NCBI GenBank assembly: GCA_023267855.1
Contig: JALNLN010000002.1
Coordinates: 11,094-75,093, forward strand
Source: Candidatus Geocrenenecus dongiae
Lineage (GTDB): Archaea > Thermoproteota > Nitrososphaeria_A > Caldarchaeales > Wolframiiraptoraceae
Length of the DNA stretch: 64,000 nt
Reading direction: 5' to 3'
Every line of letters begins with the position of its first letter. Position 1 is the stretch's first letter. The notes beneath the pieces are model-generated. The model was not told the DNA's origin. It did not search any database and saw only the letters and a program-made list of their open reading frames with translations. The translations under genes and the position numbers were made by a program. This document shows positions 37,521-46,763 of this stretch, piece by piece.

Positions 37521-39419
37521 ATGGGTGAGGAAGTTACTTTAAAGAGAGAAGTTGGATGGTTTGGTTCTTTCTCTCTAGGATATGCTGACGTAGGTGCAGA
37601 CATATTCATAGCACTAGGACTAATAGTTCTATATGCAGCGGGCGTAGCTCCAGTCGTCTTCTTAATCACAGCTATAATCTATATTTGCATAGGTTTAGCT
37701 TACGCTGAACTTGCTCCTATTTATCCGTACGCTGGAGGAGCACACGTATATGCTATGAAAGCTTTCAACGATTTATACGGCTTCATAGCTGGATGGGCTT
37801 TAATCATGGGATACACACTATGTATCTCATTATTTGCTTTAACTGCTTCTGGATACTTACTTTACTTAACTGGATTAACTGGTTATTCATATAGTCTTAG
37901 TTTTCTCGGAATTCCTTTGATAGGATTAATCTCAATTTTTCTGATAATACTTCTCATAATAATAAATTATCTAGGGATAAGGTATTCTGTAGAGATGTCT
38001 ACAGCTCTCGTGATAATGGGTTTAGCAATACAGGTATTCATCTTGGTGCCGGGATTCATACTCGTATTTAATCCTAGTAAGCTAATAGAACAAATCAGGA
38101 TAATTGGTTCAGCTAAAGTATTTGAAGAAATATCTTATATTCCATTTCTAGAGATCAATCTACAGAATTTCCTCTACTCGATAACTCTAGCTATGGCCTC
38201 ATTCGTAGGGATAGAATCTATTGCACAAGCAGCTGAAGAAACTAAGAGACCATTAAAATATATTCCGAAAGCTGCAAAGCTGTCTGTAATTGTTGTCTTG
38301 ATTTCAGTTATGAGTTTCTCTATACTCTCTATAGGTTCCATGGACTGGACGCGGCTTGCAGAGAGTTACGAGTATTCTATAGCTGCTCTAGTTGAAACGT
38401 ATCCTGTTATAGGAAAGTTTGGTGCAAAGTTGGTTGCTTTAGCTGGATTCGTTCTATGTTATGCTTCATCGAATACTGGTATTGTTGGTGTATCGAGACT
38501 TGTAGCATCTATGGGTAAGTTTAAGCTCCTACCCGTATGGTTCTACAAAATACATCCAAGATTTAGGACACCGACTAGAACAGTAATAATATTCGGCATG
38601 ATCGGTTTACTACTTGCATCTATAGGAAGTATCCCATTCGTAGCTGAACTATATGTCTTCGGCTCACTTCTAGGATACGTGATACTAATGCTAGCCTTTA
38701 TAAAACTAAGGAACACTGAAGAAGAAGTCTACAAACCTTGGATTACTCCAGGAGAGATTAAGATACCGTTTCGTAGATCTATAATCCGCATACCTCTAAC
38801 AGGATTAATAGGGTTAATTGGTGTATTATCTCTCCTAGTTCTCGTTATGTTCTTCCATGGGAGAGGAAGAATACTTGGATTAATCTGGATTACAGCAGGT
38901 TTACTAATGTACGTTTACTATAGACGTAAAATACGTATGAAACTTACAGATACCTATTCTAAGAAACTCATAGTACCTGCTTCCTACATATATCGTGTAG
39001 GTGTTCTCATAAGACCCATCTTCGAAGAAACTAGGAAAATAGTAGAAACGATAACAAAACAGTTAGATAAAAGATTTGAAATAACTTTGATAAGCATTAT
39101 AGAGCCAAGCGAATTTAATTTAGATTTAAGATCTCCTTCAGACAGGATCGAATTAGAAAAGATTAAAAGAGACCTATTAAATGAACTTGAAGATTCTGCA
39201 GAAGAATTGAGAAATATGGGTTACAAAGTGAGTACAAAAGTATTGATAGGGGATTTAGAGAAGGTTGTTTCTAGAGAGATAGAATCTGGTAGACTAGACT
39301 TTATAGCATTGATAAGAAGGATGACTGAGAAAGGTCGTATAGAGAAAGCACGTGAAGATAGATTATATAAAGTTATATCTAGGTATCGTGGTAACATTAT
39401 GGTACTTAGGAGGGTTTAA
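37521..39419 (+). CDS. APC-superfamily amino-acid permease fused to a C-terminal universal-stress-protein-like domain
   Basis: About 12 TM helices (GSFSLGYADVGADIFIALG..., AEETKRP) followed by a soluble tail of about 150 aa with Usp-like alternation (VGVLIRP...LISIIEP...VSTKVLIGD...DFIAL). Confidence 0.85.
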   Translation: MGEEVTLKREVGWFGSFSLGYADVGADIFIALGLIVLYAAGVAPVVFLITAIIYICIGLAYAELAPIYPYAGGAHVYAMKAFNDLYGFIAGWALIMGYTLCISLFALTASGYLLYLTGLTGYSYSLSFLGIPLIGLISIFLIILLIIINYLGIRYSVEMSTALVIMGLAIQVFILVPGFILVFNPSKLIEQIRIIGSAKVFEEISYIPFLEINLQNFLYSITLAMASFVGIESIAQAAEETKRPLKYIPKAAKLSVIVVLISVMSFSILSIGSMDWTRLAESYEYSIAALVETYPVIGKFGAKLVALAGFVLCYASSNTGIVGVSRLVASMGKFKLLPVWFYKIHPRFRTPTRTVIIFGMIGLLLASIGSIPFVAELYVFGSLLGYVILMLAFIKLRNTEEEVYKPWITPGEIKIPFRRSIIRIPLTGLIGLIGVLSLLVLVMFFHGRGRILGLIWITAGLLMYVYYRRKIRMKLTDTYSKKLIVPASYIYRVGVLIRPIFEETRKIVETITKQLDKRFEITLISIIEPSEFNLDLRSPSDRIELEKIKRDLLNELEDSAEELRNMGYKVSTKVLIGDLEKVVSREIESGRLDFIALIRRMTEKGRIEKAREDRLYKVISRYRGNIMVLRRV

Positions 39420-39422
39420 CAT

Positions 39423-39695
39423 ATGCCGAGAGGGGTTCTCGCAATAATACACGTATTCGTTGAATCTTCCAAACTCGAAGAAGTAGCTAGGAAGATAAAT
39501 GATTTACCTGAAACTCTAGACTTATATGAAGTTACAGGAGAATTCGATATAATAGCTATCGTCAGATCTGAAGATGTTACCAGTTTCAGGAATCTTATAA
39601 AAGATAAGATAATGAAGATAGATGGCGTTAAGAGCACCGTTACATCAATGGTCTTGTATACTTATAAAAGAAATGGGAGACCAGTAGAAGAATGA
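39423..39695 (+). CDS. stand-alone Lrp/AsnC ligand-binding (RAM) domain protein
   Basis: 90 aa (AIIHVFVESSKLEEVARKINDLPETLDLYEVTGEFDIIAIVRSED...) with no HTH. It starts 3 nt after the permease stop. Confidence 0.75.
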   Translation: MPRGVLAIIHVFVESSKLEEVARKINDLPETLDLYEVTGEFDIIAIVRSEDVTSFRNLIKDKIMKIDGVKSTVTSMVLYTYKRNGRPVEE

Positions 39696-40129
39696 GTAGT
39701 AACCCCACTCTTAGAATACTCTTAGCAGTTAAAGATGTTTTAAATCATGAAGCATTAATAACTCTACTTAAACTACTTCCCAAAGATAAGGCAGAGATAT
39801 ACGTATTACATGTACTAGAATTTCCATTTCACACATCTCTCTATGATGAACTAGTCCAACCATATATAGATGAAGCAAAAAAGAAATTTAGTGAATTGGT
39901 TAAGTGGATTGAAATGGAAGGTTTTAACGTACAATTAAGAGTGGTTGCATCTAGAGATATTGCTGAAGCAATTCTAAGTGAAGCTGAAAATCTTGATGCT
40001 AACATAGTAGTTCTTCAAAAAACATTAAAGAAATTTAGGAGAAGGGTTAGAAAAGTGCTTCGCTGGACGAATCTAGAAAGAGTGATTGACACGTCAAAGA
40101 GGATCGTCATTATTTTCCCTGAAGTTTAG
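39692..40129 (+). CDS. universal stress protein family protein
   Basis: 145 aa (RILLAVKD...IYVLHV...ANIVVLQK pattern) with an ATGA overlap with the RAM-domain gene. Confidence 0.7.
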   Translation: MSSNPTLRILLAVKDVLNHEALITLLKLLPKDKAEIYVLHVLEFPFHTSLYDELVQPYIDEAKKKFSELVKWIEMEGFNVQLRVVASRDIAEAILSEAENLDANIVVLQKTLKKFRRRVRKVLRWTNLERVIDTSKRIVIIFPEV

Positions 40130-40245
40130 AATTCTTCCTCTTCTTCCTCCCAGCCTTCTTCTTCCTCCTCGAATTCTTCTTCCTCCCATTCTTCCCATTC
40201 TTCCTCTTCTTCTTCAATCTTGTAGATTCTATCTTCTAACTTCAT
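40126..40245 (-). CDS. untracked 39-aa hyper-acidic Glu/Trp/Phe mini-ORF (speculative)
   Basis: My translation reads MKLEDRIYKIEEEEEEWEEWEEEEFEEEEEGWEEEEEEF*. ATG is at 40245, with an in-frame TGA 9 nt upstream, and the stop is at 40126-40128, overlapping the Usp stop. An AAATATTT box lies about 26 nt upstream of the ATG. Confidence 0.3.
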   Translation of the reverse strand: MKLEDRIYKIEEEEEEWEEWEEEEFEEEEEGWEEEEEEF

Positions 40246-40396
40246 GACCGTTCAAAATACTAAGTAAATATTTACTCATAAACATTTCTCAGATATAATT
40301 ATATGCAAATATCTTTCAAAACATAAACTTAATACGTTTCTATGATCTAGGTAATATTACTGAATAAATTCTCATTTTTCCAGGTTTCTAATATTT

Positions 40397-40453
40397 CCCT
40401 CAGAGACCCTATGGATCATCATGGATCAGTATGAGCTAAAGTTCTTCATCGGG
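40397..40453 (-). ncRNA. C/D-box sRNA candidate (57 nt)
   Basis: The minus strand reads CCCG-AUGAAGA(C box, 1 mismatch)-ACUUUAGCUCAUA(13 nt)-CUGA(D')-UCC-AUGAUGA(C')-UCCAUAGGGUCU(12 nt)-CUGA(D)-GGG. The 5' CCC pairs with the 3' GGG. It is intergenic. Confidence 0.6.
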
Positions 40454-40626
40454 CATCTATACTAACGTCAAGGCAGATTTTAGAGTTATCGTAAGATAAA
40501 TCTAAAACATATTTAAATTACAGTATTCTATTCAAAAGGGAACAATTACTAATTTCTTATCTCTTAAAAATATCTTAACATTTGGATGCGGATAAATCGG
40601 GTAAAATTGAATGTATTTGTTGGTTT

Positions 40627-41310
40627 TTATTTATGTAGGAATATTTTTTCTAGATTTATTCTAGCTTTAAAGTATTTTAAGAAAGGGTAATTGTTTGTAA
40701 ACCATTCTATGAATCCTCTTATTTTACCTATTGGAACATAGGGGTGTCCTTCAACTATTAATTCTCTTGGAGTGTAGAGTGTTAGAACGACTGGTACCAT
40801 TATGACTTCCACTTCTCCCCCGATCTTTGAGAGCTGATTTATTCTTTCTTCTTGTCTTACAACTATTTTCCTCCTAGCAGAGTATGCTGGAGGTTTATTC
40901 CAATGTTTACAATCTACAACTAACATTACGTTATCTCTACATGCTATTAAATCTATCTGTATTCTGTTCTTATCTATCTTTAATTTGACATTCTTGATTA
41001 CTCTGTATCCAGCTTCACTGAAAAGTTCTACAGCAAGTTCTTCAAATTCTTTCCAATCAAGATATTTTGCAATTCTCTCTCCTTCAACTCCTAGTAAGAT
41101 AGCTGTTTTAGCAGCTTTAACCCTTCTCTTCTCCAGCGTATCTAAATTCTTGAAAATTTCTCTTAAGTAAGCTTCAACCAGTTCTTTAACAATTAAAGTG
41201 TTTTCTGAAATCTCTTCTATAGTTGGCTCAACTTTCTCTCTAGACAGTTTCAGGTAGGTGGTAAGTAGATTTAATGCCATATCGTTTGGAATATCATTTT
41301 TCACAATCAT
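40627..41310 (-). CDS. Mrr-like PD-(D/E)xK restriction-endonuclease-fold protein with an N-terminal helical domain
   Basis: LDWKEFEELAVELFSEAGYRV...IDLIACRDNVMLVVDCKHW matches the Mrr_cat core (D...D/E-x-K). 227 aa, flanked by spacers of about 380 and 280 bp. Confidence 0.65.
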   Translation of the reverse strand: MIVKNDIPNDMALNLLTTYLKLSREKVEPTIEEISENTLIVKELVEAYLREIFKNLDTLEKRRVKAAKTAILLGVEGERIAKYLDWKEFEELAVELFSEAGYRVIKNVKLKIDKNRIQIDLIACRDNVMLVVDCKHWNKPPAYSARRKIVVRQEERINQLSKIGGEVEVIMVPVVLTLYTPRELIVEGHPYVPIGKIRGFIEWFTNNYPFLKYFKARINLEKIFLHK

Positions 41311-41362
41311 TTTCTAGAAACATTACTAAATGATTTCCAGTTACATGTATTAGGGTCTTCAT

Positions 41363-41518
41363 CTAGACTGTGACTATCTTGATGAAGATTTTTGTAATCC
41401 AGGGAGATGTTTCTCTGATTATGTAGGCTAATCCTGCAAGAAATGTAAGTATTGCGAGGAAGAATAAGAAGAGCGCTATCACTGATATCAGCTCCCTAAC
41501 TCTTATCTTGTAATACAT
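41363..41518 (-). CDS. possible 51-aa single-TM mini-protein (untracked, weak)
   Basis: MYYKIRVRELISVIALFLFFLAILTFLAGLAYIIRETSPWITKIFIKIVTV*. It lies downstream of livF and has no other support. Confidence 0.25.
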   Translation of the reverse strand: MYYKIRVRELISVIALFLFFLAILTFLAGLAYIIRETSPWITKIFIKIVTV

Positions 41519-41590
41519 GTTTTCAACTCCTCTTAGATTCAATATATCTATTGATTAATGTTTATTTAGGTATTCTTTTAAAGGGGTTGT

Positions 41591-42310
41591 TTATCTACCT
41601 GCTATTCCTAAGTATAGTTTTGCTAATTCTGGATGGCTTAATAGTTCTCCAGAGTTTCCTTCAAATCTAATTGTTCCGCTTACGAGTAGGTATGCTTTGT
41701 CTCCAATTTCTAAAGCTTTCTTAGCTACTTGCTCAACCATTACTATCGTTAATCCTAGTTCATCTCTTAGTTGTACAACCTTCTCCATAACCTTCTTTAC
41801 AAGTATAGGCGCTAGATCAGTGGACATCTCATCTAACAATAATATCTTCGGTCTCCTCATTAAAGCCATTCCTATTGCAAGCATCCTACGTTCTCCGCCA
41901 CTAAGTGTTCCAGCCTTCCTGTCAACAAATTCTTTTAGGACTGGGAAGAATTCAAGTATTTCTTTTGTTCTTTCTTTTATCTCTTTCATGGGCAGAAGGT
42001 ATCCTGCAATTCTTAGATTTTCTTCTACAGTTAGTTCTGAGAGAACGTTCCCCATCTGAGGAAGATACGCTATTCCCATTTTAGCTATTTTATATGGAGG
42101 TAGACTTGTTATCTTTCTTCCTTCATAGAATATGTCTCCAGAATGTATCGTAGCTAGACCCATTATACTATTGAGTAGGGTTGTCTTTCCAGCACCGTTA
42201 GGTCCTACGACAACCGTTATCTTTCTATCTTCTACTTTGAAGTTTACATCAAAGAGAACTTTAATCTTACCATACCCAGAATATAGTGACCTAGTTTCCA
42301 GTATACTCAT
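41591..42310 (-). CDS. livF: branched-chain amino-acid ABC transporter ATP-binding protein (LivF type)
   Basis: GPNGAGKTT, LSGGERRML and LLLDE motifs, 239 aa. Confidence 0.9.
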   Translation of the reverse strand: MSILETRSLYSGYGKIKVLFDVNFKVEDRKITVVVGPNGAGKTTLLNSIMGLATIHSGDIFYEGRKITSLPPYKIAKMGIAYLPQMGNVLSELTVEENLRIAGYLLPMKEIKERTKEILEFFPVLKEFVDRKAGTLSGGERRMLAIGMALMRRPKILLLDEMSTDLAPILVKKVMEKVVQLRDELGLTIVMVEQVAKKALEIGDKAYLLVSGTIRFEGNSGELLSHPELAKLYLGIAGR

Positions 42311-42315
42311 GTGTC

Positions 42316-43074
42316 TTATCCTCCTAGGTATACTTCTATAACTTTCGGGTTCTTTTCTACTTCTGGTGGCGTTCCTTCAAATATCACTTTTCCCCGATCC
42401 ATCACGTATACGTAGTCTGCATATGGTAAAGCTATATCAACTCTATGTTCTATCAGTAAGAAGCTTACATTCATAGTATTTTTAATGTTCCTGATATATC
42501 CAAGTATATCTCCAGCGTAAGCTGGATCTACTCCTCCTATAGGTTCGTCTAGAGCGATAAGTTTAGCTCCTGTTGCTAGAGCTCTTGCAACTTCAAGCAT
42601 TTTGAGTTGCGCTCCACCAAGTCTGAAAGCTTCATAATACCATAAATCTTCTAAACCAACTCTAGACAATATCTTGAAAGCTTTCTCTATATTTTCTTCT
42701 TCATCCTTAATCCAAATCTTTCTTAGAGGTGCTTTCAGAGGGTTCTCTGCATCACTTTTCAAGGATGCTAAAACATTTTCTAATACCGTTAGTTTTAGGA
42801 AAGGTGACGGTATCTGGAATGTTCTAACAAATCCTTCTCTATAGATTCTGTGGGACGGCCATCCAGTAATATCTTTACCTAGGAAATAGATCTTCCCAGA
42901 ATCTGGTTTCAATACACCTGTACAGAGATTGACAAAAGTAGTCTTACCTGCACCATTAGGTCCAATAAGCATAGTTATAGACTTCTCTCTTACAGATATG
43001 CTCACATTGTTAACTGCAGCTAGCCCTCCGAAATACTTACACAAATTCTCAGTCCAGAGAACACGTTCACTCAT
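42316..43074 (-). CDS. livG: branched-chain amino-acid ABC transporter ATP-binding protein (LivG type)
   Basis: GPNGAGKTT, FQIPSPF, LGGAQLKMLEVARAL and ALDEP motifs. The start is placed at MSERVLW; the tracked start is 43098. Confidence 0.9.
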   Translation of the reverse strand: MSERVLWTENLCKYFGGLAAVNNVSISVREKSITMLIGPNGAGKTTFVNLCTGVLKPDSGKIYFLGKDITGWPSHRIYREGFVRTFQIPSPFLKLTVLENVLASLKSDAENPLKAPLRKIWIKDEEENIEKAFKILSRVGLEDLWYYEAFRLGGAQLKMLEVARALATGAKLIALDEPIGGVDPAYAGDILGYIRNIKNTMNVSFLLIEHRVDIALPYADYVYVMDRGKVIFEGTPPEVEKNPKVIEVYLGG

Positions 43075-43156
43075 TATTCTCAGTTCCTTAACAAACATAA
43101 AAAATAGAGGAGTTAAAAAATTTATTTCTTTTCTACAATGAATTAAAGTGTAGATT

Positions 43157-44536
43157 TTACTTAGTAGCTTGAAGCCACCAGTCAGCCCATTCTACGGTAT
43201 CTGTAGCGCCACGCCATATTCCAGCTATCCGCCAATCATACTTGCCATCGACACGCCACGGTATCCATAGTTCATAGTCTGCGTAAGCTCTGTCTCCAGC
43301 TTTATCTAATTCAAAGAATCCAGAGGCGCCCATATATCTCTTCACAACTTCTGGAAGTATTGCTTTAACAGCTTTTGAATCATACTTGTCAACTAGATCT
43401 AAAGCTATCACTATAGTCCATAGAGCATCGTATGAGTTGTAGGCATATGGTTCTGGATCTCTACCAAGCTTCTCTCTAACATAGTTCTTTACTTTCTCTG
43501 TATGTGGTGAAACACCAGGCGTTACTATTGGATTGAGGAACTGTATCTTCATACAGAATTCTGCTAGCTCTGCTTCTTTGACTAGACCGCTAACACCTGC
43601 TGTACCATCGGATCCAACCCACTTAACTTCAGAGAGTATTGGATATGCTTTTGCCGCGGTTATGAATGCGATCATTTCTTCGAATCCTATAGCATCTATA
43701 CCTACTTTGTCTTTACCGTATTTGTTTACGAGGTCTGTTACTAAGCTTGCAAGCTTAGCTGCTTCTGCTGAGAATTCTTTTGCAGCTGGATCATATCTCA
43801 CACCTTCTATAACATCTCCAGGCTCTCCTGTCTTCTTTAATATGTTTAAGAAGGCTTCACGTGTAGCACGTGCTAAACCATCTCCCCACGTATCTCCTCT
43901 CCAGATCTGTACGAGATATCTTATTCCTTGGGTGTAGGCTACTCTAGCAGCAGCTGGACCTTGTATTAGATCTGTTGTCACGTATCTGAATATCCAATCT
44001 TCCTCTATGGCTAGAGCTGGACTTGTAGATGATTGTGAGATAACTAGTATCTCGTTCGCATCTGCATAAGACTTAATCTCACTAACCTCGGCACTACTCA
44101 TAGGTCCAATTATGAACTTGATCCCTTTTCCGTGAAGTGTCATTAACTTGTCTAATGCCGTTTTTGGATCGGTTGCAGAATCCTCTATATACAATTTTAT
44201 GTACCATTCTTCACCTCTCGCTTTAAGCCATTCATTAATTTCTTTCTCAGCGAATTCTAGAGCAACTTTATCATTTTCACCATAGCTTGATAACACTCCT
44301 GTTAAAGGTAGTAGTGCTCCTATAGGTACTTCTCCTCTAAGTCCAGGTGCCGCTGGAGCAGTTTGAGTTACTGTTGAAACTACCGTTGCAGTTACTGTTA
44401 CCGTGGCGGCTGCTGGAGTAGGTGGAGCTGTTGTTGAAACTACTACGTAGCCTATAGCAATCCCGATTATTAATCCAATTACTAGGAGTGCTGCTGCGAC
44501 GGCTCTCGAAACTCCTTTCATTTTCACACTTATCAC
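43157..44536 (-). CDS. branched-chain amino-acid ABC transporter substrate-binding protein (LivJ/K type), membrane anchored
   Basis: N-terminal TM and a T/V/A-rich linker (TVTVTATVVSTVTQTAPAAPG), then a type-I periplasmic-binding fold (PIGALLPLTG.LSSYGE), 459 aa. Confidence 0.85.
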   Translation of the reverse strand: MISVKMKGVSRAVAAALLVIGLIIGIAIGYVVVSTTAPPTPAAATVTVTATVVSTVTQTAPAAPGLRGEVPIGALLPLTGVLSSYGENDKVALEFAEKEINEWLKARGEEWYIKLYIEDSATDPKTALDKLMTLHGKGIKFIIGPMSSAEVSEIKSYADANEILVISQSSTSPALAIEEDWIFRYVTTDLIQGPAAARVAYTQGIRYLVQIWRGDTWGDGLARATREAFLNILKKTGEPGDVIEGVRYDPAAKEFSAEAAKLASLVTDLVNKYGKDKVGIDAIGFEEMIAFITAAKAYPILSEVKWVGSDGTAGVSGLVKEAELAEFCMKIQFLNPIVTPGVSPHTEKVKNYVREKLGRDPEPYAYNSYDALWTIVIALDLVDKYDSKAVKAILPEVVKRYMGASGFFELDKAGDRAYADYELWIPWRVDGKYDWRIAGIWRGATDTVEWADWWLQATK

Positions 44537-44679
44537 CTTGAGACTTATCTAAAAACGATTGCTTAAAAATTTTTCGTGAGAATAATTGTGTATTGATGGT
44601 TGCTTTGAGAATGGTTAACGTTATTTTTATAGGCTAGTGTTATGTATAAAAATTTAAAGAAAACGGGGTTGTCGGCAAA

Positions 44680-45645
44680 GTGATAGATCTTGTATTGAAG
44701 GCTGTAGCATACTCTGGTGGAATTGCTCTTACAGCTGCAGGAATAACCTTAATCTACATGGCTACTAGGACTTTTAATTTTGCTCATGCATCTATGGTTG
44801 GATGGGGTTTCTACGTAGTTTTTGCATGTTATTCAATCTTCGGTGGGACTCCTTACTACTACGTCCCGTTAGCAGCTCTCTTCTCAGGTTTTCTCGGCAT
44901 ACTGTTATATTTTGGAGTGAATAGGTGGTTGCTGAGAGCGGGAGCTTCACCAATAACCCTAATGATGTCTACTCTTGGAGTAGATTTAGTACTACTTGCA
45001 ACGATAAACATATTTGCTGATTACTTAACAGATGTCTACAAAATAAATGCTAGATACTTTGTATTAGAACTTAAAGACCTCGTACTTGGAAGCATGGATG
45101 GTTTAGGGGTACGTGCTATCCCATTCGTAACGGTATGTGTAGTAGTTGTATTGATAGTTGCTCTCCATCTTTTCTTGAAGAAGACTAAGTTTGGAATAGC
45201 TGTTAGAGCTACGATAGAGAATACTCAGCTAGCAACCGTTCTAGGAATAAATCCTGAGAAGGTTTACATCTTCTCATGGTTTGTGGGAGGTGCTTTAGCG
45301 GGACTTGGAGGAGGACTATTATCTCTAACTATGAGTGGTTATCCAACAGTTGGTATGACGATAATAGTAACAATGTTCGCTGGATCTATAGTTGGCGGGT
45401 TATCAAGTATATTTGGCAGTCTTCTCGGAGGTTTTCTAGTAGGATTAAGTGAATATATTGGAATAACAGTTCTAGCTTTAAGTATTGGTGGATGGATTCT
45501 AGCATACAGAATACTGATACCTCTCGCAGCACTCGTCACCACACTACTAATATATCCACAAGGTCTTGCTGGAATAAAATTAAAGAAAATTATTATAAAA
45601 ACTCCTGGAACAGGTGGTCGTGTAGGTAGTGGAGGTGGTGGGTGA
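44680..45645 (+). CDS. livH: branched-chain amino-acid ABC transporter permease (LivH type)
   Basis: 321-aa multi-TM protein divergent from the binding-protein/ATPase genes, with a Gly-rich tail. Confidence 0.85.
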   Translation: MIDLVLKAVAYSGGIALTAAGITLIYMATRTFNFAHASMVGWGFYVVFACYSIFGGTPYYYVPLAALFSGFLGILLYFGVNRWLLRAGASPITLMMSTLGVDLVLLATINIFADYLTDVYKINARYFVLELKDLVLGSMDGLGVRAIPFVTVCVVVVLIVALHLFLKKTKFGIAVRATIENTQLATVLGINPEKVYIFSWFVGGALAGLGGGLLSLTMSGYPTVGMTIIVTMFAGSIVGGLSSIFGSLLGGFLVGLSEYIGITVLALSIGGWILAYRILIPLAALVTTLLIYPQGLAGIKLKKIIIKTPGTGGRVGSGGGG

Positions 45646-45646
45646 A

Positions 45647-46720
45647 ATGGTTATCGAGATACATCCTCTCGTACTAAACATACTGATAAACTTTGGAATA
45701 GGCTTGATAATTACTGTCAGTCTTAACCTAGAAGTAGGAATAGCTGGTATATCACAGTTCGGAAGAGTCCTAGCTGTACTAGTAGGCGCACTTGTCGCTG
45801 CAGCGATTTCAGGTAGATTACTAGCTGCGATTATGGGTCTACCTTCTGGTCTCGAGTACGCAGACCACATGATAAACTTCAAGATAGTTGATCAGATAAA
45901 TAGAACGCTAGCCACCAACGTAACTTTATCGATAGGGATATTATTCTTAACACTCATAATAGCAGCACTTCTCGGAGCATTGATAGGTTACCTCTGTTCT
46001 TATCCAGCTTTAAGATTGAAAGAAGCATATCTTGGGATAACTTTACTTGCATTTGGAGATGCATTAAACACTATTGCATGGAATGTGGAAGGGTTGGCTG
46101 GAGGTACTCAGGGTGTGAATGTTCCAGATGTTTTCAGATGGATAGGTGTAGGTCCAGAGAGATACTTGGGATTAGTGTTGATAATAATTGGATTCGCTAT
46201 GATAGTTTTCTTATTTGCTGAGAGTTTAATAAGATCACCCTTTGGTAGAGCTCTAAAAGCTATGAGAGATTCAGAAGTAGCTGCAGCAATATATGGTAAA
46301 GATATCGTTAAGCTTAGAGCACAAGCATTAATGATTGGTGGAGCGCTCGCAGCTATTGGTGGAGCTTTATGGGCATTCTATACTGGAAGCTTCAAAGCTG
46401 TAACATACACTAGGCTTACGTGGACTTTCTGGCCATGGGCATACATGATGCTTGGAGGTGTTGGTAACAATCTAGGCATGCTGGTAGGAGTCTTCGTATT
46501 CTCAGTAATCCGTACACTAATCTACGCCTACAAAACAGAGTTGACTACATTCATACCGATAAACCCAGCTTGGTTCGAATACATTCTTGTAGGTCTCGCA
46601 ATAATAATACTAGTTCTATTTAGACCTCAAGGGCTACTTCCAGAGAAGCCAGCGCTCACATTACCAAAATCAAAGATAGAAGAAATTAAACAAAAAGTAA
46701 AAACAGAGAAGGCTGGCTAG
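45647..46720 (+). CDS. livM: branched-chain amino-acid ABC transporter permease (LivM type)
   Basis: Multi-TM protein with AYLGITLLAFGD and RALKAMRDSEVAA motifs. ATG 45647 lies 1 nt after the livH stop, with GGAGGTGGTG upstream; the tracked GTG is 45629. Confidence 0.85.
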   Translation: MVIEIHPLVLNILINFGIGLIITVSLNLEVGIAGISQFGRVLAVLVGALVAAAISGRLLAAIMGLPSGLEYADHMINFKIVDQINRTLATNVTLSIGILFLTLIIAALLGALIGYLCSYPALRLKEAYLGITLLAFGDALNTIAWNVEGLAGGTQGVNVPDVFRWIGVGPERYLGLVLIIIGFAMIVFLFAESLIRSPFGRALKAMRDSEVAAAIYGKDIVKLRAQALMIGGALAAIGGALWAFYTGSFKAVTYTRLTWTFWPWAYMMLGGVGNNLGMLVGVFVFSVIRTLIYAYKTELTTFIPINPAWFEYILVGLAIIILVLFRPQGLLPEKPALTLPKSKIEEIKQKVKTEKAG

Positions 46721-46763
46721 CTCTATAACTGAAGACTACTAACGGAATATATTTAGAGAAACA

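Noticed and set aside
41380-41430. TTGATGA ... CTGA pair on the + strand that resembles C and D boxes
   Set aside because: Only 29 nt lie between the boxes, too short for a two-guide sRNA. No D'/C' boxes or terminal stem are present.
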